Of a stretch of 64,000 nt of DNA, positions 12,401 through 23,840 are shown piece after piece. This stretch comes from Tricharina praecox (lineage: Eukaryota): positions 620,001-684,000 of the forward strand of contig NW_026250422.1 of assembly GCF_024521635.1 (NCBI RefSeq), given 5' to 3'. The notes below the pieces were generated by a model. That model saw only the letters and a program-made list of their open reading frames with translations, was not told where the DNA came from and did not search any database. How positions within the stretch are numbered: position 1 is the stretch's first letter; the number at the start of each line of letters is the position of its first letter. Both the position numbers and the translations under genes were made by a program.

Positions 12401-15281
12401 ATGCACAACATCCATGCCAATGCCATGCTGACATCGAACATGTTTGTAATACGTACTCTACATACCGCCTTCAGCTGATTGCCCTATGTTTTCAATGCGT
12501 AAATATATGCGCCAGGATATCGATAGTAACTTTAATTTAAGCGCCTTCTCGTCGGCTCGGACCGTTAAGTAACGTCTCAGGCACCCCGGTTATGTACAAT
12601 ACACGTCGGGCAGCCGCTTGCCCAGCCTTCTTCCTGCCAGTTGTGTGTGCAATATGTATCCTTGAGACAGACAGAGTAGGTAGGATGTAGGTAGTACATA
12701 AGCGCAGACACGAGGCTCTAACTTTTTACTTCAACTGCGTTGCATCCGAGTCGATCCCGTCCGGGCTTCCGTGTATATGCGGCGGGCCGCTTTGCTTCCG
12801 CCCGTTGCTTTACTTCCGGCCGTGATGGTTGAAATGAAGGATTCTCATCCTCATTGTTGATCGACGCTCGCCCCAAGGTCTTTTCCGTAGACTCGGCGGA
12901 GACGCTCGCGGGGCCAGATACGATAACATCAACTTATTCTGTTGAGTGGCGCTTCTCGACGAAGATGTGATGACTGCACCTCGTACTGGAATTTGAGAGA
13001 CCTGTTTTGCCTCGATACACTGACGCATGATGTGTCACTCGGTACTGCCGGCACTTGCTTGGTTTTCTATATCTAGCGTTTATTAAAGCATTAGACCTTC
13101 CATCTTGCTTTTTTAACCAAGTGGTTGATAGCTACGAAATTGGCACCCCGTAGGCGTCTGAAGCAGTGTGCGCAACTTGATGCACGTGATGTGGTAGGAG
13201 TTGCTGGATACGACGCATATATATAGTGAACCGGTGCACGAGACGCGGAGGGAGTCGATGGAGACAATGTAGAGGGTACAACGTAGCATGTACGTTAGAT
13301 TACTCGCAAAACCGACACATATCGAGAGGTTATCTGCTGCGCAGTGCGTGTGGAGTGGGAAACGCCACGCTTAAAGCTGTGTCGCCGCGCGAAAGGTTGT
13401 GTGATCGGATTGGATCTGCGGCTAGATTTGGCCCAACTGAGTGCAGTAGAGTACATGGGGTTTGTAGGCTGGAACTAGTGACGCAATTACTATGATACAT
13501 AGCGGCGCCTGGCGAGGCTGATGAGAAGCCGGAGACGCCCCATCCCCATTCTTAACCACCACCACCACCACCACCACCACCGACAACTAAAACGTGACTT
13601 CTCGCTCCTTCTTCTATAGCAGAGGCTTGAGGTAGGAATATCAGTCACGACCGGTGGCTACGGTTGTGGCGTTAAGCGATAATTGAAAAGCTATTCAGGG
13701 CCGATAGAGGCTGAGCCCCTACTGGCGCCACCGTCCAGCCTGTTCGAACACAGAAGAATACTGTGCTCTGCGGGTTGTGCACTGATGATAACGGAGGGGC
13801 TACCGCACGGAGCACTTCCGACCTGGACGGACCAAGCCCGAGAACCAAGACCGGCAACCCTATTACTTTGACAGTCATCTCTACCCTAAAGCGTATATCG
13901 AGGCTAGTCTCCGTGGGCGTCCTGTTTCGGGGTGCGGACGAGACTGAATGCACTTTACAGATTCTCACTCTGGGTGTCTCCTCCGCCGAACATTTAGCAC
14001 TGACCAGCTCTGAAGTCGACAATCAATGAGCAAACAAAAAAAAACCAGTTTTGGAGCATTAACTATTATATATCCAGGGTGCATTGATTTGGCCAAGTCT
14101 CCCGTTCCTATGGGACTCCGATGAACTCTCCAAGCTGTTGTCTAGCCTCTCCGGCCCCTATATCTGCTTCCCTCATCATAACTACCACTGCTGTGAAGTT
14201 CGATTGCGAGACGACGGCTCCTTCTCGCTCGAGCACGTGTTCGTTTCCTAAAAATACCAGACCCAGGCTTCAGTAGGGCTACACGCAACGTTGAAAGGAC
14301 GTTAACCTACCGGCTTCTTCATCGCTCCTCTGCCTTCGTCGTTGGCATAGCTTCCATACAATCAAAATCGCCGGTGGTAGACTTATCACGATGCTGATGA
14401 TTGCGATGATCGCCTCGGAGGAGAAGTACATGTTGCGTAAGCGGTAGGTCGATCGACTCGGGTTCGTTGAGGGAGCTGAGTTGGAAGTGCAGAGACGGAC
14501 TGGGGAGATCGTTTGCTTCGGAGGTAGATGGAGGTATAACAGTTGGGCAGCATGCTCTTTATGTGCTGGAGCGGATACACAGTCACCTGGAAAAGACGCA
14601 AGGCAGCATGCTCGGAAGAGTCCGTTGTTGCTCGTTCATGAGGAAACGGCTGGTGGTGTCCTAACAGAAAGGAGTCTGAATCGGATTCTGGAGGTTTCCT
14701 AGTAGTAATCCCTGACGCATGTACGTTCAACAATCATATCCAGGGGGTTAGACACACCAGATTCTGGGAACCACAAATGAGAGGCGCAGTAGCAGAGGAA
14801 TGGGTCTGTAGCGATTCTATGGACCGCATTGGCGGTCTGCGGAATAGTGTACACGGCGAGGCTATGCTGAAACCCAGTTGGGTGCATGAAAAACATGAAG
14901 TCGAAGCCTTGTCCTCCCAGATTCTGGCATCGGCCAATCATCTCTCTCAGATCCTGGTATTGGCTTTTCTAGGCCCAACTCCACGCTCTATGCGCACCGC
15001 GCAGGGCGCCCGGCACAGAGCTGCATGCCTCAATGTGTATGTATGTATAAAAAGCCGGCGTACTGCTGCGAACCATGAACAGGATCATCACAGTGCACAC
15101 TTGGGACCCTCTCTCGAGTCCTCTCCTCCGAACTTCAATCCACTCTCTGGCATTAATTATCCTCCAATTCCGCCTCCTGAGTCTTCTCCTCCTCCGAATC
15201 ACAATCCACTCTCTTGAATTGTTACAATTTGCCAGTTATAGACCCCTCCCAACTCCGCATCAACAACCGTCACTGTCCACG

Positions 15282-18200
15282 ATGCCACAGGCGCAAAGCA
15301 TCGCCCTTGCTGAATGGGACCGTCGTCGCCCCGAAATCACAAAGCTCTACATGGGACCCAACAACATGGCTCTGAAGGATATCATGTCCTTCATGGCAGA
15401 CCACTACGATTTTCGCCCTAGGTTGGTAATCTATACGAGCCGTTTGGCACAAGAGGACCGGGTTCTGATAGTGGAAGCAGCAAATACCAGTACGAAACGA
15501 TGCTGAAAGAGTGGGGTCTACGCAAGAATCTCACTCGTCCTGAGTGGGAAGTCATCAACTACAAGACGAAAAAGCGGAAGGCCGACGACAAAGAGAGTTC
15601 TGTGTATCTGCATGGCTCCCTCATCCCAGTGAAGAGAGTTAAGAAGGAACTTGGTCGCCATTTCCCTCCACAGCGATGGCATGCCACAGGTAATTGGCCA
15701 CCCTCCTTTTGCAATTGTTCGATGGTATGTATGCTTACACTCAGATGTCCAGTTCCGAGTCCCAAAACTCCCGTTGGAATCATTGTTCGAACGCCGGGAA
15801 CACCCACAGGCGCAACACCCGGAACACCTGCAGCTCCAACCCCAGGTACACCTAGAGCCGTAGGAGCCGTTCAGACTCGGGAAAGTTCAGGGACCCCTAC
15901 AGCAGGCACAACTAGGGCAGCTCTAACCCCAGAATATCCGCGAACTTACTTTCTCCGGTTGGACAACCTCCCTTGGTTCCAGTTTCGACACCAACTTAAG
16001 GCTCAGAGTTAGTAGTATCTTCTTTTGGACTCCTTCAAAAAACTAACAGATGAATAGTCGACCTTAATGACAATTGGGCCGCTCAGTTGCTTGATAGAGA
16101 TCCTCAACTTCGCCAGCCATCCGAAGGCCTTCCTATTTTGCGAGGTACAGGTTATCCGGGCGCTTCGTCAGCTTCGGGTTCATCAACACAAGCGATTCAG
16201 CCCGGGGCTGGTGGCAGCACAAAAGCACTGGAAACCACGTCCTTGTTTTCAGACCTTGTCCTATCGCCGTTGTCACGGGGAAGCGTCGAGTTTGTTCCGG
16301 CCGTACATTCCCGCTTACAAGCCATTTCGTTGGAGCTGTTGGAGGGGGAGCAACTCTCCAGTATCCAGACTTTACTCGGCCCCGTCAATAACAACTCCCT
16401 GTCCGAGTTTCTCAAGTATGCGGCCTATCTCGCATCCAACAATATGCTACGTCCAATAAAATGCGATCAAATTCTCAAGTGGTTTGCTGAGAATAGCAAC
16501 CACTCGGCTCTTACGACTCTGTTCTCAGCAAAGCTGCAGTTACCAACCATTGACGCCTTTGCAAGGTGTCTCTTCGAAGGTACTCTCAGAACTCAAAACG
16601 CGGAAGTTTTGCGGATCCTACTGAAGGCCGGCGTGGATCCAAATTCTCCCACTTCCATAATGGATGGGTTTACCCCTCTCCAGGTAGTGGTTTCAGGAAG
16701 GGACGAGACACTCGTCCAGACCCTGTTGGACGCAGGTGCGGACATCAACGCTCTTTCGACCGGCAGGATTGGAGTGAGTGCACTACACATCGCACTTGCC
16801 AGACCTGACGTCGATATGGTTAAGATGTTGTTGCACGCGGGTGCAGACGTTAATGTCGCTGAACGCGTCCACTGCAACAGAACCGTGCTTCAAGTAGCTG
16901 CAGAGACTGGAGATGTCGCGCTAGTTAAATTCTTACTACGCGAGGGTGCGGACGTCAATGCTGCCGCCGCTAATAGCCAGAGAAATAACAATCTATCTGC
17001 TGGATCTACAGCACTCCAATTTGCGGCTGGTTATGATGAGCGGCCCAGTTTGCATTTCGCCAAGTTGCTCCTAGACGCAGGTGCCAACATCAATGCCCCG
17101 CCTTACTGGGCACCGGAAGAGATCTGGTTTGAGGATTGCGAAGAAGAAGAAGAAGGCTATGGCATAACTGCTCTGCAAGGCGCAGCTGGCTACGGCAATA
17201 TTGAATTAATTCAAATACTGTTGGACGCAGGCGCTGATGTTAATGCCCCACCTGCCGCCGGCCCATGGGGTGGAATGACCGCTCTGCAAATTGCTGCGTC
17301 TAGAGGTATGATTGAATCGGTTCGACTATTACTTTCCGCAGGAGCGAATGTCAATGCACCGGCGACCAGCAACCGATTGACCGGACGAACTGCTCTACAG
17401 GCCGCAGCTGAAGTTGGCAACCTTGCGATCGCTCAATTGCTACTAGAAGCAGGCGCGAATATCAACGCTCCTGGCTATCCCGCACTCTCTTTTGCATTTA
17501 AGTCAAGTAACAGCCTCCTTCTCGTGCCGACTCTGTTGGATGCTGGGGCAGATGTCAACGGTTATGGATGTTCCCCACTCTTATTGGCAATTCAGTCAAA
17601 GCAGTGCAAGCAGCTCGTACCGATTCTATTAGATGCCGGGGCAGATATCAACAGATTCTCTCACACAAACTTCGATACCGGGGGCAGAATATCTCCTCTT
17701 ATTGCAGCAGCGACAGAAGGCGACATTCGCCTCGTTGAACTCTTATTAGCTATGGGTGCGGACGTCAATGCTGCTTTTGAAATAACTGCTCTCGAAATGG
17801 CGATTTCTAGGGGACACCTGGAAATAATCGAAGTCTTGTTGAGTGCCGGAGCATTCCCCAACACTGTATCCGCCCATGGCACGGTTCTTGATGGTCCCGT
17901 TATAGGGGATGACGTCGAGCTGGTTAAGATACTACTTTCTCGCGGGGTAAATGTCAACCAATACTTTCCTCAAGACAGTAGCTCGGACGTTGCGTGGGTT
18001 TCCAATGCACTCCCGCTCACTGCGATAAGTGGAAACCTGGTTATGGCCCAACTCCTGTTAGATGCCGGCGCTGCTGTCGATGCCAGCTTGATGGATTACA
18101 AAGAGGTTACATACAAGGACCCGGACGATGAGCTTGGAAGAACAGCACTCTTGAGTGCTATTGGGGAGGGCGAGGACGAACTGACTGCCCTGCTTCTACG

Positions 18201-18723
18201 GGCTGGCGCAAATGTGAATGCGAGGCCTCAACCCTTCGGGGGACGGACTGCGCTTCAGGCGGCGGCCAAACGCGGCAACATGGAACTCGTTCAAACGTTA
18301 TTGGATATGGGAGCAAAAGTCAATGACCCAGCCCACGCCGATAGTGGGAGAACCGCACTCCAAGCAGCATCCATCGAAGGCCACATCGACCTCGTACGAT
18401 TTCTTTTGGAAGTCGGCGCAGACCCCAACGCCGCCGGCGCGGAATCACGTGGGGTCACAGCACTTCAAGGTGCTGCTATTCAGGGACACCTCGGAATAGC
18501 ACTCATACTGATCGAAGCCGACGCTGACCCGAACGCGCCGTCGGCAAAGTTTCACGGAAGAACGGCCCTCGAGGGTGCGGCAGAAAACGGACGTCTGGAC
18601 ATGCTGCAGCTTCTGCTTAACGCCGGTGCCGACATCGGAGGGAACTATCCCGAAAGGGCAAGGGATCTTGCTCTGAAGAATGGCCATGCCGTCGTCGCTA
18701 AGGTGCTGGAGAAATTCTGTTGA
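15282..18723 (+). CDS. Clr5-like N-terminal domain plus long ankyrin-repeat array; introns 15422-15480, 15690-15752, 16008-16057
   Basis: EWDRRRPEITKLY...LKDIMSFM..YDFRPSKYQYETMLKEWGLRKN (Clr5-domain pattern); about 19 TALQxAA...LLxAGAxVN repeats; TATAAAA near 15046; alternative in-frame ATG at 15075. Confidence 0.9.
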
Positions 18724-18750
18724 GTGGAGCTACTCGTCTGTAGTGGGCGA

Positions 18751-18941
18751 GATTGCGGGTTTTGGGAGTCTTCGAGAGAGAGTTGCAGTCATGTCAGGGT
18801 ATCGGTTTTGTTTTTGTTTTTTGAGATACGATTGCAGGTTTTGGTTATCGCTGGCCGGATTCTCGGAAGGGCAGTTGCGGCAATGTCAGGGTACCGGTTT
18901 TTGGTGTTTGATTTTTTGGGATCACATTGCAGGTTTTGGTT
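18751..18941. repeat. Imperfect tandem duplication (about 92-bp period) behind the ankyrin gene
   Basis: AGTTGC..ATGTCAGGGTAYCGGTTTT..ATTGCAGGTTTTGGTT at 18781-18846 and 18873-18941, plus a partial copy at 18751. Confidence 0.8.
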
Positions 18942-19947
18942 GGAGGGCGAAGCAGAATCGCGGGCTCGGGTCTTGGAGGAGGTTTACGGTCATGTAAAGG
19001 CATTGGAATTGGGTTCTCGTTTTATTACCGGGTGGAAGCTAGACTGTTGGTGAATGTTATTTGAAATTTTGTAGCCGTCCGTGAGGATTCCTGCGCATAA
19101 TCTGGACTTCTGAGGACTGGAAAGTAGACTACCATCCTTAAACCATCACTCGGCCTGGTCAACGCTTGACGACTGTGGTTTAGATTTGCTCACCTTGGTG
19201 GTTGACGGAACGCACCATTACTCTATATACTAGCACAGTATCAAAAAGTGGAGTGTGATAACTACGGGAAGAATACCGCGGTCATTTGAATACCGAAGGA
19301 CTATGTACCAGATTTTTGTTCACTACCTCGTATGCTCACTGTTAGAACAGTCTAGAGAACACGTATTTCCATAATGACAGGAGCCGTACCGTACCGTCTT
19401 TCTCACATCACGTATCGAAAAGTAATAGGTACGTCATCTATGTACAGACAACGAGAGTTCTACAGTGTTGCAATGCACTGTGTAATTATGTTGAGCGTGG
19501 ATTTGCAGGTTCGTCCTGTAAACAGGACTGCATATTTGGTCAATTTTTTTTTCGGTAGTACTATAGGTAAGTACGTGATCTTCAACCGGATGGCTGTGGT
19601 ATCACTAGAGTACTGAAAGACTTCCATGCTGGCAGAAATCGGTGCTCACCAGTAACACATTAGGGTCCGTACAAAGCGATCTTTTGGAGTATCATACCAT
19701 GGGGTTTTGTACATAAGAAGTATAAACCCACCAACGCGCTAGCCATCCAGCCGCTTACTCATCCACCACCCCATTCCTGTTTTAGGAGAAGCCAGCACCA
19801 ACCAACCAACCATCGAGTAACCAGGGTCGGTAGACTAGACTACGTGAGCACGTCGTAAAGTAGATACCACCTCACCACAACTTCATTCCCGCCCAACGCG
19901 ACTATCACGACCACGGCCGCCCACCCACACCCACACCCACACGCACA

Positions 19948-20710
19948 ATGCAGCTCCCACGCCTGTTCCTGCTGCCGCTGCTAGGCCTTCTCACGCTCGG
20001 CTTATGCAGCACTTCCTCCTCCTCCTCCTCCTCCTTAGACGACGAATTCACGCTCCCCCCCTCCTCCGCCTCCGCTGCACAAAACACCGTAACGCTGCAC
20101 GCATGGCCCTTAACCTCCGCCTCCCCCACGCCTTTAGGCAAAGCCACGTGGAGCAGCACGACGCTCGCGGGGAGCTGGGAGCTTCTCGGCGATGCTGCTT
20201 TGGGCGACGGCGACGCAGAGGAGCTGGTGCGCGTTGGCGTTCCGGCAGAGGATGGGACGTGGAGTGGTAGTGTTACTACTCGTGGAATGATACGTGATGG
20301 CGCGGTTACGCTGCGCTGGGATGCCGCGGATAAGAGGGTCTGGTTCGTTGAGGTGGCGATGGCGGTGGAGGTATGTTGCTATTCGGGGTTCCTGGGGGGA
20401 AGGGGAGGGAAGGGGTGGGGGATGGGTGATGGGATGGGGGCTAATGGGTGTGCTGTGTTGTGTAGGCTGCGCCGAAGGTTATGGTTGTGAAGGCTGCTCC
20501 CGGAGTCATGCCCGAACTCAACAAGCCGATCGTTTTGACTGCCGACGGGAAGATCCCGGTACCGCAGGTGGAGAAGACCTTACTCCAAAAGTAATTGCAT
20601 GATTCACGTTACTGGGCGAGCGATGCTAACCGTTGGTGATTAATAGGTACTGGTGGGTCCTACTCGCCGGCGTCTTTTTGCTGATTTCGGGAGCAGGGGG
20701 AGGAGAATAA
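19948..20710 (+). CDS. EMC10: ER membrane protein complex subunit 10-like; introns 20371-20465, 20591-20646
   Basis: Signal peptide; PELNKPIVLTADGK..EKTLLQKYWWVLL C-terminal transmembrane signature. Confidence 0.8.
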
Positions 20711-21063
20711 GATCATAGACTCTTCCTTCGATTTATATATACCAACTTTCTTCTTTGTACAAGAACTGCATCTGTATCTGGGGGTGCGTGACCTATGTGA
20801 TATTTTGATGTGGTCCTCTCTCCCCCATCCCATCCATCCATTCCTGATATCATATGCATAAAAAGAAAGAAAAAACTTGAACAAAACACCGATCCAAAAC
20901 AATAAAGAGATCAAACTTTAAGGAAAAGAAGGAAAAAAGACACAAGCGGCCCATCTACAACAGTAGCCCGGGTCGATGGGTATAGGAAAAACAAGTAAAG
21001 AATTAGGATGGAAAGACAACCAAAACCTCAATGTACAAACACAGCCACAATCCCAATAAAACT

Positions 21064-23676
21064 TCAAGCCTTTCTCTTCCCCGAATCTAGTGGGCCCTGC
21101 TTCGCGAGCCATTCCAAAACTGTCTCGTAGCAAAGCACGTACTGCTGTAGACATTGTACCATGGAAATTCTCTGGTCTCGTAGTTCGCTGACGGCCTTGA
21201 AGATGAGATCGTCATCCTCACGAGTGATCCAGTCTCCCTCATCCTCCAAGCCTAGGTGCTTCATCTTCATGTCACCATCCCCGTCAGATCCATCGTCCGT
21301 GCTCTGTTGCTGAAGCTGCGGCATCAGACGTTTCCGGTTCATACGCTGGCGTTTCATCATGGCAATCACGGAGTCCACGGTGCAGAACGTTCCTGTCCGA
21401 CCGCAGCCGGCGCTGCAGTGCACGAGCACCGGTCGCCGAGAGGCTGCGGTTTCCGAAGACATGGACGCTCGCACCACCGCATTTGTATGTTCAACCAGCC
21501 CGAGAACATGCGACGGGTGGGTGGGTGTCCCCAGATCGGGCCACGCAGAGTACTGCAGCTGGGTAATCTCACGCATAGGAGAAAATGGCGACCCCGTGTG
21601 CTCCAGAGTAAATTTCCGGACTATGATGTAGGGTATGCTTGAGTCCGAAGGAGATGGCTGGCTCGATGTCGAGACCGAACGCCTCTTAGGCGTGGTCTTG
21701 AGAGAAGTGGGTTCCAGGGACACCTTTCTCTCTTGTATGCGAGTCAGTTTCAGCGGACCATACTCATTCGTCTCCCAGTATTTGTGACTCTTCACACGTC
21801 CGCCCTCTTCTTCAGCCGTCAGCATGACGATTACGCGCACGTCTTGCTCCCAAACCATACACCAGAAATCCTAGCAAGTTAGAAATGATATTTTGGTAGT
21901 CTCTCTCCCTCCTCTCCCGGAACGGAATGGAAAAAAAGAAGAAAAAGAAAAACTTACCCTAAATGTGCTTGGAAGCGGTGCTTGTGATGCAATGTATCGT
22001 TTCCGGCTATGCGGTATACATACGTGGCTCGCATTCACATAGTCACACTCTTCAGCGGGGTATTCCTGCAATTTGACTCTCGAGTGGTCATACGGCCAAA
22101 TGTTATTATACCGGTTCTTACTCCCCTTTTCGACGCCGGCTAAAGTGTGCGGTTTGATACTCGTCGACGTAGGCGAGTCATATACCACCGAGACGTTCAG
22201 CGCCTCTTGCATCCGACGCTGCTCAGCTTTCTCGATGTTCAGGAACCGATCGGCAACAACCTTGGAGCCGTCCTCTCTGCACGCCACTTCATGGAGCCAC
22301 GCGGGCAACTGGGAAATATTCTTATTGCCCATAGTTGTGGGTAACTGGATGGGAATTTCTCCAACACCGTCGATGAGATCCATATTCTGTCTGATGTTGG
22401 AAAAGAAAGGATTTACAGCCGGTTGATGGGCCGGCAACGGACAGTTGAACACGCCGCCAACGACTCCCTTATTGTCCATTCCAGGAGCTCCTTTCAGGCT
22501 CAATCCACCCTTAGGTGCGCTGGGAGTGTTGGACAGCTGTTTCGAATCGACCTTTTCGGGGAAAGCCAGGGAGAAGGCAGCAAACCCACCTGATCATGTT
22601 AGCAAACATATTCCCCCTAATAGATCAAGTCACACAGCGGTGACCGTACCTTTGAGGATGTAGGCTTGGCCATCCCAGCCCTCCCTCGAAAATTTGCTGA
22701 GCGTATGCAGAGCGGCAAGCGCGGATGGGTCGTCGGCGTCCTTGGAATCCGCGTCGTACACCACGATGTACTTCATCTGCTTCCACCGGCCAAATCTCTC
22801 CTTATCCTGGCTGTTGGCAAAGGTGTCGGACAACTTGGCCACATTGAACGAAGGCCGCTTCAGTAGGGTCGTCGGGATACATAGATTGACAGCGGTCAAC
22901 ACTCGAGCGTTGGCGAACGACTTGTACGTCCGGACGTCCAACAGTAGCAAACCGTCCGTGCTGCACCTCGAGATCAAATCGGACAGATGGCGCGCCGAAA
23001 TCAATGCCGGCTTCTCCTTCGCTAGGCTCGGGGCGCCTACGGCTCGACTCGGAAGCTTGAGGGTAGGTGACGCGAGTCCGGGGGAGAGGATCGTGCCCGG
23101 AGATGCTATCGGTGGCCAGGGTTGGTCACTCCCGGTATCGTCCAATTTGACCGGTGAAGTAGTGCGAATCGCGGAAAAGTAATCGTCATCCTTTCCGGAA
23201 GACGATACGGCACTGAAACTCCCCTTGTGACCACCCAGAAGGGGCTCCTTCGTCCTCGTCGACCCCAAGGACCGGTGCAACTGAAGTTTTTGCGCCAACG
23301 CTTCGGTCTGTATCTGGAAGGGTGTGGAAGGGTTGTCCATATGGACCGGCAGAGGAGAACGAGCGGCCGCCGACCGAATCGACGAGCTCGCCGGGGACCA
23401 GTTCTTCTTGGAGTGTGTTCCGTACACGGGGTCATTCGGGTCCACCACGAATCCAAAGTAGCCGGCGGAACCTGGCTGCGAAGGTGTTTCGGCGAAGGCG
23501 GATTCTGGTGCTGGTACTGGTATTGCGGGGGGCGAGATATCGAGGGACGCGGGCGCGGGGGTGGGGCCATTGTGGAATTGGCGGATCTGCGTGTGCGCGG
23601 GAAGGTCGTTTTTCGAGGTTCGAGGTGATGCGGTCATGCTGGGCATGTGGAGAGGAGATCCAAGCAGCGGAGGCAT
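21064..23676 (-). CDS. Rhodanese-domain tyrosine phosphatase, Pyp1/Ptp2/Ptp3 MAPK-phosphatase family; introns 22590-22649, 21871-21957
   Basis: LLLLDVR..NLCIPTTLLKRPSF, KNRYNNIWPYDHSRV, WPD loop, HCSAGCGRTG, MVQ loop. Confidence 0.95.
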
Positions 23677-23778
23677 GTAGAAGGGCTAGAGGATGTGGGA
23701 TCGTAAGTTGTGCGGGGGCGGGACACCACAGATGATGGACTGCGGCGGCGGGCTAGAGATGCCTTCTGGATTCTGTCG

Positions 23779-23840
23779 TCAAAGGTAGGGTGATGTTGAA
23801 GACTGCTGGCCACTGATCATGGTCATGAACAACCAAGCAT
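23779..23840 (-). promoter_or_regulatory. Two overlapping uORFs in the phosphatase leader (MLGCS*, MTMISGQQSSTSPYL*)
   Basis: ATG at 23840, 23826 and 23820; stops ending at 23823 and 23779. Confidence 0.5.
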
